The translations under genes were made by a program, and so were the position numbers. Below the pieces are notes generated by a model that was not told where the DNA came from, searched no databases, and was given only the letters and a program-made list of their open reading frames with translations. Below are positions 11,145-24,400 of a stretch of DNA of 64,000 nucleotides, piece by piece. Each line of letters opens with the position of its first letter. Position 1 is the first letter of the stretch. Source of the DNA: Oopsacas minuta (taxonomy: Eukaryota; Animalia; Porifera); contig JAKMXF010000365.1 of NCBI GenBank assembly GCA_024704765.1, positions 434,001 through 498,000 of the forward strand, in the 5' to 3' direction.

Positions 11145-11909
11145 CCTATCGCAGCTAATTGAGACTATTGTGGAAATAAGAGTAATGGCTACTATAGATT
11201 GGAGGTAAAATGGGTCAATAAATATGCTGAATAGTTCAATAGGCAAAATTTCTAGTTTATTTCGAAACAATTTCTCACCAATTGACCCAAAATGTAAAAG
11301 GACAGTGACAGATAAGGTCTCAGACTCAAATTACCAAACAAACAATATGTTATTATCAAAACTGGAGACAGACAATCATGTATTACCGAAGTAATTATAC
11401 ACAACCATTGAAACTAGTTTCAAATCTCTTATACTATATGTATTACATTTTTAGATCAAGTTAGGTAACTATGTAGATATTTATAACTACGTATACATAT
11501 TTACCCGCTCCACTATATGGCCTCTTATTTCTCATTTGTTTACTTATTTCATGGCTTCTTTTCTTTGTTATGACCTCATCCGATCTCTCCAAAAGATGTA
11601 TTCTGTGAGTTGATCTATTTGTTGTTCTACTAACAACTAATACCGATATCTAACAACAAACGGTTGTTGCCTGCTTGTTAGAAATCCTTTCACTGTATTA
11701 CTACATACTGTAAGGACGTTTTTGCACTTAAAGCTACTAGACAGGGTATGTGAACTCTACTTAGGGAGATTATAAGTCTAATATTCTTAATTTCCAAATG
11801 GTCTTTTTCCTTTTGAGCTCGAATTATCGGAGGGACTCGTGTTTTAAGGCTTTTGAGGATTCTAATTTAATAAACTCATTTCTATATCAACGTTATGAAA
11901 TTATAAGCA

Positions 11910-12062
11910 CAGCAAACTCCTGTTTAAACCAAGTTGGTTAAAACGAAACTCGTTATAATGAAGTGATTCTTTACCCTATAAATCTTGAAAGTAATTGATT
12001 TTACTCCGCTTCGGTTGTAGCGAAATGAGACGATCGCGAACACTTTATTATGAGTTTTACTG
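11910..12062. mobile_element. Degenerate pogo/Tigger-like MITE
   Basis: Left end CAGCAAACTC... with internal CTCGTTATAATGAAG; right end ...ATGAGTTTTACTG followed by TA. Imperfect terminal inverted repeat. Confidence 0.45.
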
Positions 12063-12448
12063 TATATGTATCTTATATGCAGTTTGTAAAATATAACACA
12101 CATTTTCAGCTACTCTTATGCTTATCTCAATGGTACTGAACGAATTCACAAAATAGTGAATACATAGTTTATATACGTAGCTGTTTAGCAGATGAAGAGG
12201 AGAAATACTTGGATGGTATTACAGTATTGAGTATACAATTCATTTACTCCCATTGATTTTACATATACAGGATTGACTTTGGTAAGGTTAATCCCTAATT
12301 TATCAAATTTCATATCTTAGAAAGATTATAATTATTGAGTATAATGAAATATATAAGAAGGTATTGAAAATATAAAAGTGGGGGTAAGTTAAAAATTCCT
12401 AAATATGTGTATGTGAAAAATATCAAAAGTAAATGTTTACTGAGTATT

Positions 12449-15400
12449 TTAATCTTTTCCCTTTTTCCCAAACCACGTCCTAGGTTTCCACTTCTTCTCG
12501 TGTCCTGATGCGGTCCCTGTCGGTTGAGGGGTCTGTATGTCTAGAGAGGGAGGGTATGAACTGTCAGAAACTGTTGAGTCTGGGAGTGACTCGGGTTGCT
12601 CAAAATCAACAGGAGGAGGAGGTGGTGAGCTTGGAAGATTCGGTGTACTATCTTCTTGTAACGTGTCCAATAATGAGGGGTCGATTTGGCTATGATCCTC
12701 TATAGACTTGTTAATACACTGTACCCACTTATCTTCCTCAATAGGATCAGGTGCCATGAATAGATATTCAGAACCATTAGGCAATACTAATCTCAAAACA
12801 TTTCTCTTCTTTGTGTAGTCCACTGCGATATTACAAATGCCATGCAATACATTAATAGGCGGGATTACAGGAGCTTCTGTGGTAGAATCCTTTTTGTCTT
12901 TGTAGAAAGATAATCTCGGTCCTTTCAGTACAACATAGTAGGATCTCCATGCACGAATGCTTGACTTACGACCTCCTACATCTAACATATTCTTTCGCTG
13001 TAGACTTCCATCTCCATATACAGTTTGTAACAGCTGTTTAGCTCGCTCGAGACCGGTTTCTGGGTCTTGTTCCGGTTTGCTCGGTATATCGAGGGGCTCA
13101 GTGCGGGGTGGTGGTAGTTCTGTCTCTAAGAAAGGAGATACAGTTTCCGATATGAGTGCGGCACCCATTTCCTTTGGTTCTCTTTCTCTCATTCTCTCCT
13201 CTTCTAACCTCTGCAATTCCTTCTTGTTCTCACGTGCTTTTTCGATATCTCTCTTTCTTTCTTGGAGTGATGACCTTTCTCTCTCGATCTGAGCTTCTTT
13301 CTCAGCCTCTAATCGCTTTCTCTTCTCTTCTTGCTCCTTTTCATTTCTAATCTTCTCTTCCTCTAGTCTCTTCTGTTCCTCTTCCTCCTTCTTAGCAACT
13401 CGTCTCTCCCGTTCTGCTCCTGTCTCTCTCATCAGCGATTTTATCTTCTCTTCACTGCTCAGGACCATGTTCTCCAGGTCTTCCTGTTTCTTCAACATTT
13501 CATCCACATTATCACCGATATCTTCCTCTACTAAAGAGCCTGCTTTATTCATCAGCCAGGCGTCCAGCTGTTCAGCCTCCCTCAGGTATACCTGTGTATC
13601 TAACTGCTGCTCCAAATCTCCTTTCATTTTACCCAGCTCTTGCAAGAGACGACTGTGTGCATCCTTAATACTGTTAACTTCATCATTGATCTCTCTACGA
13701 GCAAAGTTTCCTTCCGCAATCAGCTGCTTACCTTGCTCCAAGAAGTTATCAATATTCGCACTTCTCGCTTCCACTTCAGCTCTATGCTCACTCTGCCTCT
13801 GTAATAAAGACTCTGCGCTCGTTACGTCAGTAACCATTCCCTCAGCTCGTATCTCTTCACTCAGGTTAGTCAAAAATGCTATCAAGTCCATGTATTCGTT
13901 AGAGAATTTCTGAAACTTCTCAGATTCTCGCAGTCTATCGCCTCTCACCTTCGCCTTCTTTTTGAGAGAAGACCATGTGTAATCAACCTCATTCTCTTTT
14001 GCTTTTATTTTCCTAGCTTTTCCAGAGAGTTTGCCTTGGAGACGAGCTGCTTCTGCTGATAGAGTAGATATCTTATCTTCTAGCACGACCAGGTCTCTTT
14101 CAATGCCTTCATGTTTCCTAATCATAGTCTGAACAGTATGGACGTCATTACCATAATCCTCTATTGAAACCACACGGTCCTTGTCCAGCATGCTTGCAAT
14201 GGTCTCGTTTGCATCTTGGGTGTAACTGTGTAGTTCTCTAGCATCAGATAGTGTTTGTCTCCTTATTTCTATCATTCCCTGTAACTCACTCCACATCTCC
14301 TCCATTTCGGCGAGGCGAGTGTTTATCACTTCACTGTCTGTGTGTTTATCTGACAGGAGAGATTCTCCATACTTTTTAATGGTATTAACACGTTCATGCA
14401 TTGTTGGGAGACTAAGCGCAAAGTCTGTGAATCTTTTCAGGATCTTGTCACAACGCTCTAGATTTTCTCCCACTTCTTCTGATGCAGTGCATTTTGCTTT
14501 CTCTTCCACAATATCTTCAAACTGTTCAATATCTGTTAACAGTTTGAAGTAGCTAGACTTCTCACCCAGTCTGTGCTCTCTCTTGCTGACCAGAAGTTTT
14601 ACTTCAGTGTAGAGAGCTTCTACTCGTTCCATACGTTCCTTGATATTGTTCTTATCAAAATGGGATTCGCTGATCCTAGCACAATCACTGGATAACTTAG
14701 TGATGGTGGCCTCATGTGCTTCTATATCTAGCGCAGTAGAACGCAACTCTTTGATATAGTTGTCGACAGCTATTTGATCAGCTCCGTAATCCCCACTGGC
14801 TAAGATAGGAATCTTCTCTCCCAGCCAAGTTTCAGACTCGAGTGCTTCTGCGTAGAACCTCTGAGAATTAAGTGAGTCATTGAGAAGTTCACTTCTAGCA
14901 ACTACATTAGCCTTCAATTCTTTCCACTCCCTCTCTAGAAGCTTGCTCTTCTGACTAATATTGTCCTCTGCATAGTGTCCTATCATTATCATGCTTTGTG
15001 CATTATTCAACACACTGGTCACTATGGAGTCATGTGTAGTGACATCTGATTCCAAGTTTTGATGCACTTTAAGTAGACTTTGAACATTACTCAAAGTGTT
15101 ACCCAAATCCTTCAAGTTCGCCTTCTTTCCTTTCTCTCGGATCCAGTTCATTTCATCGTTTATATCTCGTGAGAATAATTGAAACTTTCTAGAATCTTCT
15201 AACTGCAATCGTCTCTGTGCAGCAGGTGTTTCTAACTCTCCATAGCGTTTAACCAAAGCTTGCACCATATCTTCAATTTGAGTTATTTTGAAGTGTTTAG
15301 CTATACGGAACATGTTTACCTGATCTATTAGCCCTTGTATCAAATCCTGGTGTGTATCAATTGAATGCATTAGATGGTCCTGTTTCTTTATCAGGTTACT

Positions 15401-18400
15401 GATACCTTGTAGGTCCTTCCCTAGATCATCAGAGGAGAGAGCTACCGCTGTTTCGTCCATCCATTCTTCAATGTCCACAGCTTTATGCTCAAACTCTTGG
15501 AACTCAATAGATTCCTTCAATTTACGACCTTTTTCTTCTGATCTCTCCTGCAGCTTCTGCCATTTCTCTTCCATGTTACGTATACGCGTCTCAATATCAA
15601 GACTGGCATAATGGTTTTCTTGGGTAAGCTCAACTCCTGTCTGACATATCTCCACATAGCGTACTTTATGGGAAGATAGTTCTGCCTCAAATGTGATATG
15701 TTTCTGGAGCTTAATTTGAAGGTTAACATGGTCTCTGTAATTCTCTTCAGAAGCTGTCTGTGTTTTGTCTTCTATCCAAGCCTGCAGTTCATTAGTGTCT
15801 CTAAGGAATTTCTGTAACTTAAGTGAATCGTCTAATTTCTGTTTCCTTTCCACAGCCAGCTCCTTAATATCTGAATAACGTCCTTCTATGTTGATAACAC
15901 GCTGGAGTATAACCTTGTGTTCATAGTGTTCATCAGCTACAAGCTTAGAACCGAACCTAAGAAGAGATTGAACTTTCTCCTCTTGTGCCCGGACAGATTT
16001 ATCAAAAGCATCATGTTGTCTTATGAGAACTTGCACACGATCTAGAGAGTTACCCAGCTCATCTACGTGCAAGAAAGTTTCTCGACTAGATAGTATTTTT
16101 TCTATTTCCTCAGCCCACTTTATAAATCGCTGTAAGTCTAGACACTGTTTGAATATTTCATTTCTCTTTGACCAGGACTCGAGTAGCTGTGTTCTCTCAA
16201 TCTCTAATTCCTGTAGTTTGATCTTAATACTCTCTGAAGCATAATGACCAGCACTACACAATTCATCTCCGAACTTTATCGTTGTTGTATATCGCTCTTC
16301 TCTAGTTTCTATTTCAGTATTTCTATCTACATGAGTCTCCAGTTGTCTTTCAGCACTTTGTAAGTCTTTAGCAAGATCATCTGCCATAACCATCCTGTAC
16401 ATTTTCTGGTACCATGACAAGAGGTCACGTGCGTTACTTAGGAACTTCTGATACTGTAGTGAGTCTGCTAGTCTCAGTTTACGCTCATCTACCTTCTCAC
16501 AGAACAATTCCCAGTTGCTAATCACTGAATTAAACCTTTCTTCAATATGCGAGGCAGAGGCTTGGTTTGAATCACTCAATCGCTCCGCCTCACTATTCAA
16601 CTGGTCCAATCCTTTTTCTATAGCGCTTAAATCGAGTTCTAGACGTTCATGTTTTCTCTGCAGTGCTTCAACTTCAATCAGATCTTTACCAAGCTCGCTA
16701 GAAATACTCAGCACCTTCTCTGTAATACGTATGTCTATGTCGTCTAGATCTCTAATGAATGTGTGTACTTTGAGGGCTCCTTCCAGTATAAGTTTGCGTT
16801 GTTTCGTATCAACACATAGAAGGTCCCACTGAGATTTGATAGCATCAAATTTTTCTTGTATGACCTCTCCCTTCGAGTGCTTAGCTTTCAGTAGCTCACC
16901 AGCTTTCACTCCAACTACATCAAGTTGTTTCACTTCTACTTCTAGCTCGTTATAAAATATATCAAACTTACGAGACAACTCAGTACAATGCTCTAAATCT
17001 CGTCCTGTCTCTTGTGAGTGAACAAATACTTGTTTCTCTTCAATCCATTCTTTCCATGTATCTATTAGTTTGAAGTATTTTGATAGTTGACAGGTTTCCT
17101 CCAATTCATATCCCCTCTTCTGTGTTAGATCTTGTAACTCCTCCCACAAGTTGATCAGCTCCTCCAGCTGTTTTTCAATCTCGTTACGTGCGAAATGATT
17201 CTCTCCCATCATCACCTCGCCACGGGTACACAGAGACCCGATCAGCTGATCATGAGCATCCAACTCAGCCTCAAACGCCTGTTGTTGCTTCACTTTTGCA
17301 TTTAGATTAACCATACTTGTGACGTCACGTTCTGCTATTACCACTTGGTTCTCGCTGATCCAAGAAATAGCATCTAGAATGTCTCTGAAAAGTATCCTCT
17401 GCTCTTTAGCAGCTTCTAGCTTATTGAGCCTATCCTTGAGATCTGTTAGATTCTTATCTCTCCTTCTAAGTACAGCTGTGTATCTCTGGTTGATCTCTAT
17501 TTTAGAGGTATGGTTGTCATTGGTGAGCTTTTCTACAAAATCTTTGAAAGCTTTAACCATACCCTCCTGCCCTACGGTCTTCTTATGTACAGAATCATGT
17601 TTCTTCAATAAGGAATCAGCTTCATCTACAGTAGATGGGAGATCTTCATTAGCAATATACACCTCTATCCCATTACTGAATTTATCAACACTAGCCGCGT
17701 CCTTTAGGAATTGTTGGAATTGTAGAGATGCTTGTAATTTATCTTCTTTCTTCCGCCAGATATCTTTAAGATTGTTAGCTTCGTTTTGCAGGAGATTTAT
17801 TTGACTGCGTATCTCTGTGGAGGCATAAGAACCCTGTGAAACCAATTTACTACCAGTTTTAGTAATAGTATTAATCTCTTCCATTCTAGAATCGATCTCT
17901 GCATTCTTGAGCTCAGCATGCTTAATTATTAGAGCATTAGCTTCGGCTACAGTATTGATAGGCTCCTCTGTTTGTATTATAGATCGAGCAGACTGAAAGT
18001 ACAATAACATGCGTTTTACTGTGTCAGCGAATTTAAAGAATTCAAACACATTATTTAGATCCTGTTTTCTTTTCAAGCACGCAGCTTTTAGTTCCTCCCA
18101 TGCGTTAGTAAGTTCCTTCATTGAAATTCTTGTCTTCTCCCCTCTCTCACCTGGATACAGGGTTTGTAGCTGTAGTGATCTACTAGAGAGTTCTTGGACT
18201 TGTTTCTCAAGTGCCTTCATTGCCACTTCAAAGTTTTCTAACTTCCTCTGTCTTTGTTCCACCTCCCTCAAGTCTTTCCCTAAATCTGCTTGTGTTGTTT
18301 TCGTAGTTTTATCTTTTATCTGTTGGAGTAGATTATTGACATCGTAAACGAACTTTAATATAGTTTGAGAAGTCTCTAGTTTGTTTAATCTGTTAGCAAC

Positions 18401-21400
18401 AGCATTCTGTAAGAGATTCCACTCAACTTTCAAGTTGTCTTGTGTGTCCTTGATACTCACTGTGTCCGAGTTTCCTTCAAACACCAATTTCCTAGCCAAG
18501 TTATCTACAGAGTTGTATCGCTCCGCGTTTGCATTAAGATTTTGGGCAAATTCATCAAAATTTTTCTTTAACGTTTGTGCATGTTTGAAATCAGTCCCGT
18601 AATCCTTTGAACTAGCAGTAACCATGTTGTCGTTAATCCAAGCTACACACTCGTCTGATTCTCGTGTGAACTGGTGGAGTTTCTGCGCCTCTACTAGTCT
18701 CTCTTTCCTCACGGTCATCAGAGTCTGTAGTCCAGACAACTGTTCATTCAATGCTGCCTGCCTAGTAGTGATGGTATCTGAATTGAAATGTCCTTGTGAG
18801 ATCATACCATACGATGTCTTATCCAACCCCTGAATTACACTTGCATATGCTTCTACATCTTTCTCAAGCTCTTGATGCTTGCGTAGCATCTTCTCAGTTG
18901 TATCTTGATCTTTTCCGTAGTCAGTGTTAGCTGTCATTCCTGCTTTCTCGTTCAACCATGCATCAGCTTCACTAGCCTCTAACAAATATTTCTGTTCTTC
19001 TAACGACTGCTCTAAGCGCTCTCTTCTCAGTGCAGTCAGCTGTTTCAGCTCTACCATTACTTGTTTTAGATCCTCGCAATGTTTATTGATATGGTCAGAA
19101 GATCTATGTCCCTCTTTACACATATTCTCTCCCTCTTTAATTACCTATAACTCATTATAAATACTATTCTATTGACTCCAATTCCGTGAATAAAATTTTA
19201 TTACCACCCTCTAGAAGAATGTTTGTGTTGAAATTTACGCGATATTTGACAATCCTACAAATAGGATCATTAGTAACCCAAATCTTTTGTATTTTCAAAA
19301 TTGACACAAATATTTCGACGAAGAAATCCCCACGAAAGAATAAGCGCTTATTCAGGGAAATACGGTATCTTGTATACCTGCGTTATTCTAAGCTCTGCGG
19401 CTTCCAGTGCTTTCTCGAATTTGTTGTGTTTCTTGATTAGACTGTCAACTGACTGCCATGAGTCTCCTATATCTGAAGAGGCTACCACTTGCATCTGTTC
19501 TCTTATCCATGATTCTTGATCCTCCGCCTGTCTCAGGAAATTCTGAAGCTTTAGAGATTGTTGTAACGCTCTCTTTCTCTCTTCCATCAGATCTTTCAGA
19601 GTGTCAACTGATTTGCTATACTCGGATAACTTGTTTTGAATTTGTGGAGAATTGAAGTAGGACTTTGATATCATATCCTTTCCTTTAGTATTCAGTCTCA
19701 GTAGTGTTTCGCTATGCACTGATAAATCTGATTCTAACTGGTCGTGTTTCTTGATTAGGATCTTTACGCTAGGAAGATCATTCCCAATCTCTGCGCTAGC
19801 TAACTGGCACTCCACTCGTTTCAACCATGATAACTCATCGTCAATAGACCTGAAGAAGATCACCATGAAATTATTTAATGATACTATAGTTGATAACTTA
19901 CCTGAACAGATCCCGTTGTTGCAGTGCCTCCTCCAACTTCTCTGTCTTGTCCAGGGTAGAAGCTTCTAGATCTGACCAGAGTTGAGACAAATTCTTCAAC
20001 ATTTCCTCTATCTGAAGAGATTTGGCGTGCTTAGCAGATAGTAGAATTTCCCCCGATTTCTTTATAGTCTCCATTTTAGCCTTGTTCGCTTGTATTTCAG
20101 CCTGAAACGCTTGGTGTTTCTGTATCTTCCTTTCTATATTACTGGGGTCTTGATAATTCTCATCGGATGCTATCACCATCTTCTTATCTATCCACACGAC
20201 AAGCTCTTCTACCATACGATTGAATTCAAACCATGCTTTAGAGCTTTGAAGACGTTCTTTCCTATCTCCTAATATAATCTGGATATCTTCTCTTTGTGTA
20301 ATCAAACTCTGTCTACGTTTGCTTATTCCCACTGCGTCGTAATGACCAGCCTGTATCAGTTTATCAGCTTGAGTTATAATCTCTTTTAGCTTCTCCTCTT
20401 GTACATTATATATCTTCTCAAAGTACTCGTGTTGCCGTATTAGTGAGTCTACTGAAGCAAGGTCTTGTCCTACATCCTCACTGTTGAGAGAAGCTTCTTG
20501 TGAGTTGAGTATGTTAGTAGCATAGTCAGCACTGCGGTTGAATTTCTGTAGTTCTTTTGCTTCATTCAACTGTGTATTTCTATATGTCCAAGCGATTTCA
20601 ATCTTATCTCTCTCCTGGATTAACAAACTAGACTGAGCTCTTATAGAGTCTGTATCTCCTATTCCAGATGCTTCCACTTCTTTACCAAGAGACAACAGAG
20701 TCTTAAACTTTTCCTGCCTGGCAGTGATATCACTTCTCAACTCTTGATGTTCTTGTATCATATCCTCAGCAGTTCTTACGTCGTTAGGCATCTCCTCTGA
20801 GGCCAGCTTCTCTTTAGTCTCAGCTACCCACTCCAGGAGCTCTCTAGCATCAGAATAGAAACTGTGCATTTTGAAAGCATCTTCAAGTTGTTTCTTCCTT
20901 AAGCTAGCTTTCTTTCTCAGATTTTCTTGCATTGAAGCTAGCTCTGAATGTCTCGCATTTATCTCAATAGATTCCTTAGGATATTCAGTCTGTAGTTGTT
21001 TTCTAGAAGTGTGAATAGAGGCTAGCTTGTCTTCTATCGGGAATATTTCTCTCTCTACATTCTCGTGTTTACGCTGTAATGCCTTTACTGCTGCTAGATC
21101 CTTGCCAATATCATCAGTGGAAAGAGCGGTATCCTTTTCCTGTACCCACAACCGTGTCTCATCACACAAATCATAATAATGTAGAATTCTCAAAGCTAGG
21201 TTCACAAGCTTGCCTCGGCTCTCTTTCAGCTCCTGTAATGATTGCCAACTAGCCGTAATAGACTGTTGCCTGCTTTGTATTTCCGTTGCATGTGGATGGT
21301 TCTCTTTCATGAGTTTATCAGCCTGTGTGGCTATCTGAGTACAACGTGGTCCACTGACAGCTGTATCACTCTCAAACCTCTTGAATCTGCTGGATAACCC

Positions 21401-24400
21401 CTCAACGTATTCTCTGTTAGAGAATGGCTCTGTGATTTCTGTATTTATGAATGCACTTTTCACTTTCATCCATTTCTCAAAGTTATCACAATCTCTATAG
21501 AATCCGAATAACTTGATGTAATTCTCCAGCTGTTTGTGCCTATTAACAGCTGATCTCTCTAGCCCCTCATATTGTCTGGTGATATCCTGTACTCTGGCTA
21601 TAACGCTAGAAGCGTCAATAGCTTTCTGCTTACTGACCATACCAGCCATTCTACTCCCTGCATCTGTAGTACGTCTGGTGTTAGACTGAGGTTTCTCTAT
21701 AATTTTCTTCTTCTTGACAGTGACAGGGACTTGTACTTTGACCTTATGGATAGACTTCTGTTCGGTAATGATAGGTTCTATCTCTTTAACGTAATTAGCT
21801 GGTACATAGCCTTGCTTCTTATCCTCCAATCTCTTAACCAGCCACCAATCTTCATTATGTTTCTTACATAACTCGAATTTCTCACCCTTCCCAAAGCTCA
21901 TACCCTGTCCACTGTAGGCATACATTGTTGCAACTTGAGGAGTATTTATTTGTTTAACCCTCTCTTCTTCTACTTCTCTCTCTTCCATCACTTGCTCTTC
22001 TACTTCTACTTCTTCTTTCGTTACAACTTCCTCCTGTATATCAGCATCAGTAGACTCTACAGGCTGTCTCATCTCAGAGAAGAGAGCAGAAGAACTGTCA
22101 GTAATCTTCTTACCCATACTCTTAAGCTGATCTATCTCACTTCTGTAATCTCTTATCTCCTCCTCAAGTTTATCATGGTTCTCCAGTAGACTGCTAGCTG
22201 TACCCTTGTCACGTCCGAACTCAGTGCTAGTCACGAGTGGCTCTCTCTCCCTTATCCATGATTCTGACTCATTAGCATCTGCGAAGAATTGTTGATACTG
22301 TTCAGCCTCAATCAACAGCTGTTTCCGTGTGGAAGAGAGTTCCTTAACACGTCTCCATTTTTGCTGGAGACTACTGATCCTCTGTCCTATAATACGACTA
22401 GCAAACTTAGCTCTCTCCTTTAGTACATCTCCCTGGTTACATATATTCTGGAAATCTTCTTGATGTCCCTGTAGCTCTAACTCAAGAGCCTGGTGCTTCT
22501 TCTGTAGACTGTGTACACTAGTGAGATCAGTCCCGTAGTTATGACTACCAGCTAGTGGTTCTCTCCGGCGTAGCCACGCATCTTCTTTGTCAGCTTCCGC
22601 ATAAAACTGATGTACCTAACCATGGATAATATGTATTATAATTACCAATGATAAATATACGTAACAATGTTTCAATATTTAGAGATACATAATTAGATGG
22701 AGTCACATAGTGGCTATAACATAGGATGGAGAACTGACAGATACAGGAGATTTCTCCCTGAGCTAGATTCCTGCAAAGAACTTAAGAATGACTGTTCTAT
22801 AAAAACTAGTCCCGAGGCTCAGAGTTCAGCTGATAAACTGGAATTGATGTTACATACAGCTAGTATTAATAGAACACTTGTTGAGGCTTATATGGAGGAT
22901 ATGGCTGTTAGGAGAGATACGCTTAGAGAGGGAGATTTAGCTATAGCTAAGATCGAGGATTATAACAGAGAGAGGAATGAAGATCAAAATCATATTGTTA
23001 CTTCAGTACAGAAACATAGAACCGAGGCTACGAAATACCCACAACCACCTGAACTTAGAGAGAGTAAATTATTGTTACTGAATGACATATCAGTGGAAAG
23101 ATATGGAAAGAAAGGTAGCAAGAAGAAGACAGTGAAAAAAGAGAGTTCTCTTAAAACAAGATCTCCTTCTCCAACCCGTATTTTCTTCACTGAGAGTCCG
23201 GACAAGCCTACAGTCTGTGTCAAGAAAGCAAATAAAGAAGAGAGATGGGAACCTCTGTCCTACAGTGCTATGGGGGATCTTGGATTTAATTTTAGAATAG
23301 CTCCTGGTGAAGGACAGCTTTGGGGAAAAACAACCAAAATGTGGAAACCTAATATTTAAGTTACTAACTATGTTATACTTATCACTTATGAGCAATTTTA
23401 CCCTTTAATACTGTATTCGATTTTAAGTATATCTTCAATACGAGATTACTAACGAAATTCTCCATGATAGGTATTAACTGTATAATTTACCTTGAGATTA
23501 TCTTGCAATCTGTTCAGTCTCTTACTAGACAAGCTCTGTACTTCCTCCAGCATCTTCTTAACTTGTTGCTCTCTGTTTGATATCTGTTTTGCATTAGCAT
23601 GCTTCTGTTCTAAGAATCTAGCCACTGTAGTTGAGATGTTATTTACTCGCTCCACCATAGCATTAATCTCTGTCTCATCTAGTTTGTGTTTGTTCAACAA
23701 CTCTTGTATGCTCTTCAAATGTTTCCCGTAATCCTGTGAACTGAGAGTGGTGAGTAGATGCTTCATATCTTCCCAACACTCATCCATTTCATGGAATACA
23801 TCAGTTAATTCCTGTAATCTCTGTAATTCTTCTTTCTGTCGCTGCAGGCTCTGTAGTAAATCCTTCCAGCTCTTTTCTATCTTACTTTCTTCAGCGTTAA
23901 CTTGTATAATTTTTTCGAAATTGTCCTTAGACAATTCCTTAGCAATGTCTCTAATATCAGAAATACGGCTCTCTCTTACTGTAACTTCAGTCTGTATAGA
24001 CTCGTGTCTCTTTACTGCTGCTTCTACGCTAGCTCTGCTCGTAGCCTCACCCTGTATAGAGACGTCTAGCTCTCTCACTACCTGATGCATCTCTCCTAAC
24101 CAACTTAACCGTAGACCAGCCTTGCGGTGGAATCTATAAAGTAATGTAAATATATGTTTTAAGATGTATTAAAACTACAGCCAACTCTGGAACACGGATA
24201 TTTCGAAATACCCGCTTGTATCGAAGTCTTAAATTGTACAAACATGGTCCCAAACCGTTAAAGTAATAATAATTCCATTGGTTATATCGAACTCCGCTTC
24301 TATTGAAGAAATTATCTCGGTCCCTTGAGCTTCAATAAATCGGGAGTGAACTGTATTAATCTATAGACGTGTAGTTTATTGATTTACCTCTCAGCTAACT

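Noticed and set aside
11280-11900. Possible decayed minus-strand coding sequence
   Set aside because: All frames have stops and no family is recognisable.
12508-19160. Many short plus-strand ORFs over spectrin, and similar antisense ORFs over kazrin, hedgling, HGS and the 7TM genes
   Set aside because: They are shadows of long coding frames on the other strand, Ser/Leu/Phe-rich, with no motifs.
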